Counted from the stretch's first letter, positions 10,724 to 19,182 are shown. The stretch is 64,000 nt of DNA from an uncultured Acidimicrobiales bacterium (GCA_937922045.1 CAKZXA010000018.1:38279-102278), one strand, 5' to 3'. Notes: a model not told the origin generated them from the sequence alone. Numbers and translations are program-made.

Positions 10724-11802
10724 ACGGCTACCTCCGAAGTTAGGGCGTCAAAAGAGGTGGCTACCTCTCCCGACGCAGAATCAGTCGATGTCACATTCTC
10801 GGCCGCTGGGCTCTCCCCCACCGGTTCGCTCGAGGCTGTGCTTGCCGCCAGCTCTGCGAGCGAGGTCTCCGGTGGCTTCGACGTCTCATCGAACTGGCCT
10901 GGTCCGAGCAATCGATAAAGCACGGCCATACGCACCGAAACCCCGGCGGTCACCTGGTCAAGAACGACGGTGCGCTCATCGTCCATGACCTCGGGGTCGA
11001 GCTCCACACCTCGATTCACGGGGCCCGGGTGCATGATCAACGCCCTCGCAGGAAGACGCTCGGCCCGTGCCCGGGTCAGGCCGTAAAGCGAACGGTACTC
11101 CCGCACACTGGGGAACAAGGGCGCTCCTTGGCGTTCCTGTTGGATGCGAAGCATGTAGGCAACATCGAGGTCTCCGATGATTTCGTCGATACCGGGGCTG
11201 TATCGAACAGGCCAGGCGGCCAGATCGGCAGGCATCAGGGTTCGGGGGCCGACCACGGTTACCTCGGCACCGAGCTTCGTGAACGCAGCGATATTGGAGC
11301 GGGCGACCCTCGAATGCTTGATGTCGCCGCAGATTGCGATCTGTTTGCCTTCGAGGCTGCCGAGGCGCCGTCGGATCGTGTAGCAATCGAGCAAGGCCTG
11401 GGTTGGGTGTTGGTGCCAGCCATCGCCAGCATTGATCACCGCGGCATCTGTCCACTCGGTGATCCGTTGAGGAGCGCCAGAAGACGAATGCCGCACGACG
11501 ATGCCATCGACGCCCATCGCTGAGATCGTCTCGACGGTGTCTCGTAGCGACTCACCCTTTGTCGTCGACGATGAGGAGACGGCGAAGTTGACGACGTCGG
11601 CCGAAAGCCGTCGCGCCGCCAGGTCGAAACTCATGCGGGTGCGGGTCGAGTCCTCGAAGAATGCAAGCACGACGGTCTTGCCTCGCAGGACCGGAACCTT
11701 GGGAATTGATCGGGTCTGCACCTCGGCAAAAGACTCGGCGAGCTCAAGGTAGTGTTCGAGTTCGCGTCGTTCCAGCCCCTCGATGTCCAGCAGGTTGCTC
11801 AT
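10720..11802 (-). CDS. pyrB: aspartate carbamoyltransferase catalytic subunit (with a roughly 60-aa Ser/Thr/Glu-rich C-terminal tail)
   Basis: 360 aa with motifs FFEDSTRTRMSF, HQHPTQALLD and HPGPVNRG. The tail beyond aa 300 is low complexity. Confidence 0.95.
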   Translation of the reverse strand: MSNLLDIEGLERRELEHYLELAESFAEVQTRSIPKVPVLRGKTVVLAFFEDSTRTRMSFDLAARRLSADVVNFAVSSSSTTKGESLRDTVETISAMGVDGIVVRHSSSGAPQRITEWTDAAVINAGDGWHQHPTQALLDCYTIRRRLGSLEGKQIAICGDIKHSRVARSNIAAFTKLGAEVTVVGPRTLMPADLAAWPVRYSPGIDEIIGDLDVAYMLRIQQERQGAPLFPSVREYRSLYGLTRARAERLPARALIMHPGPVNRGVELDPEVMDDERTVVLDQVTAGVSVRMAVLYRLLGPGQFDETSKPPETSLAELAASTASSEPVGESPAAENVTSTDSASGEVATSFDALTSEVAV

Positions 11803-12377
11803 CGACCGCCCTCCTTTGTCATCTCGCCAAGTTCGACGCCGTGAAGGGTTGCGTTCACGGCTTCATCACGCCGCGTCGGCAGGTTCTTCCCGACGTAATC
11901 GGGCCGGATCGGAAGCTCTCGGTGACCGCGATCGATGATCACGGCGAGCTGTATGGACTTTGGTCGGCCCTGGTCGATGAGAGCATCGAGTGCGGCTCGA
12001 ATCGTACGACCGGTGAAGAGTACGTCGTCGATCAGGACGACCACCTTGCGGTCTAGGTCGAAGGCGATCTCGGTTGCTGCTTCAGGCAGCACAGGCCTCA
12101 GATTGATGTCGTCTCGGTAGAAGGCAACATCGAGCTTGCCTACCGGTACCTCCACCCCTTCGATGTCGAGCAAGGCCGAGGCGATAGCTTCGGCAAAGGG
12201 GATGCCGCCCGTCTGTAAACCGACGAGGACCACGTCGGTGAGTCCTCGATTCGCCTCGAGTATCTCGTGGGCCATCCGGCGCACGGCCCGGCCGATGGCC
12301 TCGACATCGAGAACCTCCGTCCTGGCAACAAAAACGCCCCCATACGGGGGCGTGCGTCGACGTTCTCGTTCAGCCAA
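11799..12377 (-). CDS. pyrR: bifunctional pyrimidine operon regulator / uracil phosphoribosyltransferase
   Basis: 192 aa with PRTase motif VVLIDDVLFTGRT. It has a TTG start and is the first gene of the pyr operon. Confidence 0.93.
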   Translation of the reverse strand: MAERERRRTPPYGGVFVARTEVLDVEAIGRAVRRMAHEILEANRGLTDVVLVGLQTGGIPFAEAIASALLDIEGVEVPVGKLDVAFYRDDINLRPVLPEAATEIAFDLDRKVVVLIDDVLFTGRTIRAALDALIDQGRPKSIQLAVIIDRGHRELPIRPDYVGKNLPTRRDEAVNATLHGVELGEMTKEGGR

Positions 12378-12384
12378 GGGTCTT

Positions 12385-12425
12385 TCCTTTCCGTCTGAGC
12401 CTCACGGGACTCGCTTCACGGAACT
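12385..12425 (-). promoter_or_regulatory. candidate PyrR-binding loop in the pyrR leader, adjacent to the ribosome-binding site
   Basis: The minus-strand RNA reads ...GCGAGUCCCGUGAGGCUCAGACGGAAAGGAAAGACCCUUG(start). AGUCCCGUGAGGCU (12398..12411) matches 12 of 14 positions of the PyrR binding-loop consensus ARUCCAGAGAGGYU as I remember it. It sits just upstream of the purine-rich SD (GGAAAGGAAAG). Confidence 0.45.
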
Positions 12426-12484
12426 GCTGAGATTTGACTCTAGCGAGATCGCTTTCGGCGCGCGCTCCTTTAGGTCATTTTCTT

Positions 12485-12520
12485 AACCAAATGAGCCCTC
12501 GGTCCGTGCTGACCGAGCTC
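12485..12520 (-). terminator. candidate intrinsic terminator downstream of the crotonase gene
   Basis: The minus strand shows GAGCUCGGUC-AGCACG-GACCGAGGGCUC, a 7-bp perfect core stem extendable with one bulge. It is followed by AUUUGGUU and lies 30 nt after the stop at 12551. The U-tract is weak. Confidence 0.35.
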
Positions 12521-12550
12521 GCTGTCGAACCCCACCCAGACGGCAGAGGT

Positions 12551-13414
12551 TCACCGTCCCTGAAAGTGGGCGGTTCTCTTCTCGACGAAGGCCGCTGCCG
12601 CTTCCTTGTGATCATCGGTTGACATCGTTCGTATCATCGCTGCGGCCTCGTGGTCGAGCGCATCAGCCAAGCCAACGTAGGCGGCCCGGTTGATGTTCTC
12701 TTTCATATAGCGCACAGCCAGCGGTGGACGAGCTGCCAGGTCATGGCAGAACCCAAGAGCTGTTGCCTCAAAGTCCTCGTCATCGAACACTCTGTTTACG
12801 ATGCCGAGATCAAGCGCATCGCTCGACGAGAGCCGGGGCGACATGAAGTACAACTCCTTGGCCTTGGCCGGACCGACAAGGTTCGACAGAAACCAGCTAC
12901 CTCCGAAGTCGCCCGAACCGCCGACCGACGAAAATGCGGTGACGAAGATGGCCGACTGGGTCGCTAGACGGATGTCGGCGGAGAGAGCTATGGACAGACC
13001 AGCCCCTGCTACGGGTCCGGGGATGAGAGCGACCACAGGCTGGGGTAAGCCGGCGAGCGCCAAACTTACTTCCCGTTGACGCATGCGAAGATCGGCGACC
13101 TTCCCCTCGACACTCGACTCTCCAGCACCACTATTGCTCGTCGCGTTGTTGCGTTCGTTCATCGCCTTCACGTCGCCACCAGCGCAGAACGCACCACCAG
13201 CACCGGTTACAACCAAGACCCGAACGTTGGGATCCTCCGCTACCGCAGGCAGCACGGAGCGAAAGCCCTCATACATCTCCGAGGACAAAGCGTTTCGGCG
13301 CTCTGGACGATTGAGCGTCAAGACCACAACATGATCCCCTTCACGACGGCAAAGAAGGTGCTCGGTTCCCGTTTCGAAGACGGAGTTGCCGGACGACGAA
13401 GAAGCTGGGGTCAT
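12551..13414 (-). CDS. enoyl-CoA hydratase/isomerase (crotonase) family protein
   Basis: 287 aa with crotonase pattern VVLTLNRPERRNALS...GAFCAGGDV. The positions of the two catalytic Glu of true hydratases read GAGLSIAL and FSSVG, so hydratase activity is doubtful. Confidence 0.85.
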   Translation of the reverse strand: MTPASSSSGNSVFETGTEHLLCRREGDHVVVLTLNRPERRNALSSEMYEGFRSVLPAVAEDPNVRVLVVTGAGGAFCAGGDVKAMNERNNATSNSGAGESSVEGKVADLRMRQREVSLALAGLPQPVVALIPGPVAGAGLSIALSADIRLATQSAIFVTAFSSVGGSGDFGGSWFLSNLVGPAKAKELYFMSPRLSSSDALDLGIVNRVFDDEDFEATALGFCHDLAARPPLAVRYMKENINRAAYVGLADALDHEAAAMIRTMSTDDHKEAAAAFVEKRTAHFQGR

Positions 13415-13462
13415 GGCTCAAAAGGTAGGTCGCCGTATCGAAGGCGTCCAATTCCGAACGAG

Positions 13463-14665
13463 CTAACCCAACGTCATATTGACCGCTGATCCCACCGATC
13501 GAACGGTGGCCGCTGCCACGCGATTCGAAGCCTCGAAGAGGGAGCCCACCGGCGACCGTTCGTCTTCGGCCATGATCGTGACCTCATAGACAAACGTTTG
13601 TGCCTCCGAATCGGTGAAGGCCAGGATGGGTGAGGCTCCCGTCTTCGCCTCCTGGTTTACCTCAGGTCGGACACCATAAACCACCACGGTTACATGCATG
13701 TCATCGGTAAGGATGGGGTCACCGCTCGATGGGGTAACGGCACCGATCTCGGCCAGCAATCCTCTCGGCTCCCAGACCAACACCGACGAAGGAACCTCAC
13801 CAACTTTTGAGATGCGTTCGATCACTTCAAGGTCGATCGCCACCCCGTTCACCATCATCGTGACCTCGGCATCGGACATATCGGCCTCATGCAGGGCGAA
13901 CGACCATCTCGGATAGACGAGGCGCTCTGGGAGAAACCCGCGTGGCGGCCAGGCCACGAAACCCGAAGGCTCGCGGGTTGGTGCGGTGTCGTCGAAGACA
14001 TGCTCGTCGAAGACCCACAAGGCATTCGACGGGTAGTGACCGTTGCTTCCGGCAACATGGCCGACACCCATCGTGTCCGTCGGTGGATGCAACACCGTCA
14101 GTCGATGCCCGACGTCACGGTTGCGGTCGCCTGGATCCTCGACATAGCCGTCGATAGCAGAAGGACCCGTACGACCCAGGTAGAGATTGCTGTTGGCCGC
14201 CGCTCGCTGCCCCGTCTCGTCAAAGCAGGCAAAGTCTTCGCCTGGGGTATGGGTGAGGCGACCTTCGGCACTCATCATGAGGGCGGCATGCTGAGCTTCC
14301 ATCGACTGCTCATGGCTGAGCACGACATCGGCTTCAACCCCCGCCATCGAGCGATAGAAATTGATCCGGGAGATCGTTTGCTGTCGTAAACCATCTGCAC
14401 TCGAGCCCGGAGAACATCGATCATGATCGCCGGTCCATGCGATGGGTTCTGCTGAATCGGCGTACTCAGCGGCATAGGCCCACTCGACCACGCGCCGGTC
14501 CCCGGTGTCGAGCCACGGCTCGGCCAGCGAGCCTGCAGGCCGGGGTGAGATCAGAGAGCCAAGACATAGTGCCAAGCCGATGATCGGCAAGGCGGCGCGT
14601 TTCAACGCCCAAGAGGCGGCGGGCTGTAGTGCTCGTAGAAAGGTACGCCAGGCGGCAGGAGTCAC
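13463..14665 (-). CDS. secreted or membrane-anchored CAP/SCP (YkwD-like) domain protein with an uncharacterised C-terminal domain
   Basis: 400 aa with a GTG start and an N-terminal hydrophobic anchor (AALPIIGLALCLGSLI). The CAP-like pattern is INFYRSMAGV...AQHAALMM...GHRLTVLHPPTDTMGVG. The roughly 170-aa C-terminal part has no motif I recognise. Confidence 0.6.
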   Translation of the reverse strand: MTPAAWRTFLRALQPAASWALKRAALPIIGLALCLGSLISPRPAGSLAEPWLDTGDRRVVEWAYAAEYADSAEPIAWTGDHDRCSPGSSADGLRQQTISRINFYRSMAGVEADVVLSHEQSMEAQHAALMMSAEGRLTHTPGEDFACFDETGQRAAANSNLYLGRTGPSAIDGYVEDPGDRNRDVGHRLTVLHPPTDTMGVGHVAGSNGHYPSNALWVFDEHVFDDTAPTREPSGFVAWPPRGFLPERLVYPRWSFALHEADMSDAEVTMMVNGVAIDLEVIERISKVGEVPSSVLVWEPRGLLAEIGAVTPSSGDPILTDDMHVTVVVYGVRPEVNQEAKTGASPILAFTDSEAQTFVYEVTIMAEDERSPVGSLFEASNRVAAATVRSVGSAVNMTLG

Positions 14666-14730
14666 CCTCCCCTATCGGCGCCTGGCTTCCTGTCAAAAGA
14701 ATCACGGTCCAGAATCCGTGGCGTTGGTCG

Positions 14731-15168
14731 CTAGCGATTCTCGTCCTTGAGATGGCGACCGATGGCGGCCAGAAGGCCATTGACAAAGGGGCCCGACTCA
14801 TCGGTCGAGTATCGACTGGCTAGATCGACGGCTTCAGCCAACACGACTCCTGTCGGCGCTGAGCTCTCCAGCATCTCCGAAATGGCGATTCTCATGATGA
14901 CGACATCCATACGGGCCATCCGGGCCATCGTCCAACCAGTCGCTTTGAGCGTAATCAATTCATTAGAGCGCTCTTGATGGCGCTCCGACTGACGCAAGAG
15001 TTTTTCAGCGAATTCTTGGGGCGCCAAGGGAAGGGTAGCGATCAACTCCTCGACGCTAAGCCCGCGTATCTCGGCCTCGTAGGCCAATTCGACTGCGCGC
15101 TCTCGGCCTTCACGGCGAATACGAGCGTACTTGATTTGGGCTTCCGAGCCCGAACGATCCGAAGCCAA
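14731..15168 (-). CDS. nusB: transcription antitermination factor NusB
   Basis: The last roughly 135 codons match NusB (RERAVELAYEAEIRG...ASRYSTDESGPFVNGLLAAI). The track ORF (to 15381) overlaps efp for 70 codons. I start at in-frame TTG 15168, 1 nt after the efp stop, but the exact start is uncertain. Confidence 0.85.
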   Translation of the reverse strand: MASDRSGSEAQIKYARIRREGRERAVELAYEAEIRGLSVEELIATLPLAPQEFAEKLLRQSERHQERSNELITLKATGWTMARMARMDVVIMRIAISEMLESSAPTGVVLAEAVDLASRYSTDESGPFVNGLLAAIGRHLKDENR

Positions 15169-15169
15169 G

Positions 15170-15733
15170 CTATGCCCTTGTCTGGTACTCGCCAGAACGA
15201 GTGTCAACCTTGACCCGCGAGTCCTGTTCCACGAACAGCGGAACCTGAATGACAAGTCCTGTCTCAAGCGTCGCTGGCTTACGAGCACCCGAGACGCGAT
15301 CACCCTGCACCCCAGGTTCGGTCTCAACAATCGTGAGCTCGACCGAAGCTGGCAGATCGGTGCCAATGATCTCATCGCCATACATGAGGAACGTCACCGA
15401 CGAACCTTCCGTAATGAAGTTCGCTGCTTCCGACATCGCCTCTGCCGACACCGTTATCTGCTCAAAGGTCTCGTTGTCCATCACGGCGAAGCCTTCGCCG
15501 TCCCGATAGAGATACTGCTTGTCGCGCTTCTCGATGAAGGCGCTCTCTACCTTTTCGCCAGCGCGGAAGGTGCGGTCGACGACCGCTCCGCTCCTCACGT
15601 TGCGCAAGGTGGAGCGAACGAAGGCCCCGCCCTTACCCGGCTTAACATGCTGGAAGCTCTGGATCTGAAACAAGCCGTCAGAAAGCTCGACGGTCATCCC
15701 GTTCTTGAAATCATTCGTACTGATGGTTGGCAT
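15170..15733 (-). CDS. efp: elongation factor P
   Basis: 187 aa: MPTISTNDFKNGMTVE...HVKPGKGGAFVRSTLRNVRSG, with the three OB-like domains and the C-terminal GEYQTRA. Confidence 0.95.
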   Translation of the reverse strand: MPTISTNDFKNGMTVELSDGLFQIQSFQHVKPGKGGAFVRSTLRNVRSGAVVDRTFRAGEKVESAFIEKRDKQYLYRDGEGFAVMDNETFEQITVSAEAMSEAANFITEGSSVTFLMYGDEIIGTDLPASVELTIVETEPGVQGDRVSGARKPATLETGLVIQVPLFVEQDSRVKVDTRSGEYQTRA

Positions 15734-15822
15734 GGCGAAGCCTCATTGTTGATCGGTGGGCAGCGCCGGGCTGCCGGGTGGGCCGAGACCTGTTCAGGTC
15801 GCCCGCACTTGGTGACTCCGAG

Positions 15823-16926
15823 CTACCCGGCCGTCGTGATTACCGGGTCTTTCGGACTGTTGGTGATGGTATGGCAACCACGCTCGGTTACCACCACTGA
15901 ATCCTCGATTCGTACGCCGCCGAAACCTGGAATGTAGGCACCGGGTTCAATCGTGATCACCGAACCAGAGCGCAAGACACCCTCTGAACGGGCCGACAGA
16001 AACGGGATCTCGTGGATCTCTAAGCCAATTCCGTGACCGGTCCCGTGTACAAATGCGTCGGCCAAACCGTGAGCGGCAAGGGATTGTCGACAAACCTCAT
16101 CGACATCTCGTTCGGCAACGCCAGCCCGTACGGTGCTCAACCCAGCCATCTGTGCTTCGGCCACCGCCGCATACAGGTGTCGGGCATGGTCATCGACGTC
16201 GCCGATCATGAACGATCTCGTCATGTCGCTTCCGTAGCCATCAACCCTGGCCCCCATGTCGATAATCACCAGATCACCGGCTCGGATGCGTCGGTCGCTC
16301 GGCCGATGATGTGGCAGGGCGCTGTTCGGTCCCGAGGCCACAATGGTTTCGAAACTCGGCTCGTCCGCACCACCATCGCGCATCGCATCGTCCAGCAGTC
16401 GCGCTACGTCTCGTTCGGTGAGGCCGCCACCCAAGCGTGGAGCGATCGAGTCCAAAGCACTATCGGCCAGCGAAGCCGCCTTCGACAGCGCCGCCAGTTC
16501 AGCCTCGTCCTTTACCATGCGCAGATCGGCCACAAGGCCATTCAACGGCACGAGAACGGCTCCATCACACCGGTCATTCAGCTGCTGTTGACGGTGCCAG
16601 GTCACGTTGTCCGATTCAAGGCCGATTCGGGCCAATCCACGGCAACGGAGGGCGACGACGCCATCGGCGTCTCGATCGATCGTGATCGAAGCCTCGGTTT
16701 TCGACGTTGTGAGCTGTTCACCGACCTGTTGTTCATAGCGGCCGTCGGTAATGACGTGAAGTCCATCGCTGGTTACTACGACGGTGGCGTTCGACCCCGT
16801 GAATCCAATCAGCCATTGGATACTGGTGAGGTTGGTCAAGACGAGGGCATCGACCTCGGCGGTCCTCAGGGCCTCGTCGAGCTTGTGCCGACGTCCAATG
16901 TAGTCGAATCCTGGGGTGGCGTTCAC
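15823..16926 (-). CDS. pepQ: Xaa-Pro peptidase, M24B family
   Basis: 367 aa with pita-bread metal ligands (IIDMGARVDGYGSDMTR, HGTGHGIGLEIHE, GGVRIEDSV). It holds the conserved position between aroB and efp. Confidence 0.9.
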   Translation of the reverse strand: MNATPGFDYIGRRHKLDEALRTAEVDALVLTNLTSIQWLIGFTGSNATVVVTSDGLHVITDGRYEQQVGEQLTTSKTEASITIDRDADGVVALRCRGLARIGLESDNVTWHRQQQLNDRCDGAVLVPLNGLVADLRMVKDEAELAALSKAASLADSALDSIAPRLGGGLTERDVARLLDDAMRDGGADEPSFETIVASGPNSALPHHRPSDRRIRAGDLVIIDMGARVDGYGSDMTRSFMIGDVDDHARHLYAAVAEAQMAGLSTVRAGVAERDVDEVCRQSLAAHGLADAFVHGTGHGIGLEIHEIPFLSARSEGVLRSGSVITIEPGAYIPGFGGVRIEDSVVVTERGCHTITNSPKDPVITTAG

Positions 16927-16930
16927 CTGA

Positions 16931-18322
16931 CTACCCCTTCACCGATCCGGTCGCCGCGGCCAAGGCATCGCGCAAGAGTTCCCGATCATCGACCATCACA
17001 GACTCGACGCCATTCGGGCCATCGAGCACAAACGTGATGCCATCGATCGCCTTCTTGTCTCGGGCGAAGAGCTCGATAAGTTCATCGGCATCGAAGGAGG
17101 CCGGCACCTCCCCTTCCAGACCGTAGTGACTGACCACCCGACGATGCTCCTCGACCCTGGCGGCGTCAATTCGACCCAGCCGATGGGCCACCTCGGCGGC
17201 GTAAACCAAGCCGATAGCCACTGCCTCGCCGTGTCGGAGCTGGCCGTAACCGGCCGCGGTTTCCAAAGCGTGGGCAAGCGTATGGCCGTAGTTCAAGATG
17301 GCCCGACGCCCGCCTTCGCGTTCGTCGCCAGAGACAACGTCGGCCTTAATTTTGGCCGAGTCGGCCACCCGCTGGGTGAGGGGTAGGCGATCCAAGTCGC
17401 CGCCGCCGAGAAAATGGTACTTGGCCAACTCTCCCATGCCGCTGCGAAACTCCCGCCCGGGCAGGCTGTCGAGGGCATCGATCTCGCACAACACGGCGGT
17501 TGGCTGCCAGAAGGAACCGACGAGGTTCTTCCCTTCGGGCAGGTTCACCCCACACTTGCCACCGATAGCCGCATCGATCTGACCGAGCAGCGTTGTGGAT
17601 ATATGGACGACCGCGATGCCGCGGTGGTAGGTAGAGGCGACGAAGCCGGCTAAATCCGACACAACCCCACCTCCGACCGAGACGACCACATCGGCTCGAG
17701 TCATCCCCCAACGGGCAAACCGAGAAGCCAGATCACCGACGACATCAAGCCTTTTGGCCTGCTCGCCATCATCGACCAGAAAGACCTGCTGGCTACGACC
17801 GCTCTCGACCTGGAGACCTATGCCAGGCTGGGTGACGATCGCGACCCGCTCGGCCTTCGCTGGCAGGTAATCGGCCAGGTCTGCGGCCACCCCGCGGCCA
17901 ACGACGATCGGGTAGCCACGCTCGTCGCCAAACTCGACACTCTGCTTGACCGGTGGCGTATCGCGTGAGGGAACCGTCGTATCGATCACCGCCTTGACGG
18001 CCAAAGCCCCCGCCGGGGTATCAAGATCGGTGACATTGACGATGCCGTCGGCCATGGTTGTGAGCGCTCCGAGGTGCCGGCGGCGAAACTCACGAGCCTT
18101 ACTCACTGCCACACCGGATGAACCTGCAAGCTCGTCATCGCTAGCATCGACCCAGATCACGGTCTGTTCAGCTCGGGCCTTGCGCCGCCAGTTCGCATCC
18201 TCGACGTCGTCGAGACAAGCTGCCCGGTGGCCCAGTTGTTGCGCCAGCTGATCGATGCCAGCTCCTGGCAGCCCCACCAGGACGATGCTTGCGTTGGAAA
18301 CAGAGTCGGATGAGACGCTCAC
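16931..18322 (-). CDS. aroB: 3-dehydroquinate synthase fused to an N-terminal degenerate shikimate-kinase-like module
   Basis: Residues about 128-463 are AroB (VVSVGGGVVSDLAGFVA, GHTLAHALE, GEAVAIG). Residues 1-125 begin IVLVGLPGAGIDQLAQQLG, an AroK-type P-loop context in which the Lys-Ser/Thr is replaced by Ile-Asp. GTG start. Confidence 0.9.
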   Translation of the reverse strand: MSVSSDSVSNASIVLVGLPGAGIDQLAQQLGHRAACLDDVEDANWRRKARAEQTVIWVDASDDELAGSSGVAVSKAREFRRRHLGALTTMADGIVNVTDLDTPAGALAVKAVIDTTVPSRDTPPVKQSVEFGDERGYPIVVGRGVAADLADYLPAKAERVAIVTQPGIGLQVESGRSQQVFLVDDGEQAKRLDVVGDLASRFARWGMTRADVVVSVGGGVVSDLAGFVASTYHRGIAVVHISTTLLGQIDAAIGGKCGVNLPEGKNLVGSFWQPTAVLCEIDALDSLPGREFRSGMGELAKYHFLGGGDLDRLPLTQRVADSAKIKADVVSGDEREGGRRAILNYGHTLAHALETAAGYGQLRHGEAVAIGLVYAAEVAHRLGRIDAARVEEHRRVVSHYGLEGEVPASFDADELIELFARDKKAIDGITFVLDGPNGVESVMVDDRELLRDALAAATGSVKG

Positions 18323-18393
18323 CCGATCATCCTAACTCGGCAACCGGTCCCGGCGTCCGGGCATATCGCCGTCTGCGGCGGCTACGAATTCAG

Positions 18394-19149
18394 TCACGTC
18401 CCGAGAAGCGAAGGCGAAACAGCCACGACCACGATGGTTGCCGCGGCCAGAGCCGGTCCGAACGGAATCTCGGCTCTGCCTCTTCGGCGGACGGCGTTGT
18501 ACGCCAAGCCACCGAGAGCGCCACCAAACAAGGCAATGATGATCGTATAGAGCACCAGCCGTACAGCCGTCAGCGTGTCGGGTTGCAGCCAGCCGACGAA
18601 CAGCCCGAGCAGCACCGCAAGTTTTACGTCGCCACGTCCCATGCCTCGCTCGTAGGCCAGGTGGCTAAGTCCGATGAAGCCGCCGAAGACGGCGGCGCCG
18701 ATCAAGGCCGAGTTGATGCCCTCTTCGTAGTCGACCAGACCGGACACGACGAAGATGATGAACAGGGAAGCCCAAATAGAAGGCCACACGATCACGTTCG
18801 GCAAGAGATGGGTCTCGACGTCGATTGCCGAGAGCGCCACCAACACAGCGCCGAGTCCGAGGTAGGGCAACAACCTGATGTCGGCACCGAACCGGTAGGC
18901 CACCATGGCGAAGACGGCCGCGAGCGTCAGGTCGATCAGCGGATAGCGCAAACCCTTGTGGTTCCCGCAGCTTTCGCAGGAGGTGAACCAGCTCAGGACC
19001 GGCATAAGGCTGCTCGGTCCAAGCTCGGTTTGACAGGTCGTGCATCGATGCGACGCACGTGGCGGTAGACGCTCAACAGAGCGGTCGACGACAACCCCTA
19101 CAAGAGGACCGACAACCGCTCCGATGAGAGCTAGGAGAACAATGAACAC
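18394..19149 (-). CDS. type IV prepilin peptidase, A24 family
   Basis: 251 aa and polytopic. It has the N-terminal CTTC...CESC zinc-type motif, the first catalytic Asp context AIDVETHLLPN and the second GRGDVKLA. Confidence 0.85.
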   Translation of the reverse strand: MFIVLLALIGAVVGPLVGVVVDRSVERLPPRASHRCTTCQTELGPSSLMPVLSWFTSCESCGNHKGLRYPLIDLTLAAVFAMVAYRFGADIRLLPYLGLGAVLVALSAIDVETHLLPNVIVWPSIWASLFIIFVVSGLVDYEEGINSALIGAAVFGGFIGLSHLAYERGMGRGDVKLAVLLGLFVGWLQPDTLTAVRLVLYTIIIALFGGALGGLAYNAVRRRGRAEIPFGPALAAATIVVVAVSPSLLGT

Positions 19150-19182
19150 GTTCGAGTGTGCCGTACGGAGACGGCGCCGACC

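Noticed and set aside
16033-17037. 334-aa plus-strand ORF spanning pepQ and the end of aroB
   Set aside because: It is antisense to two well-supported genes and even crosses their intergenic gap. Its composition is typical of GC-rich antisense frames.
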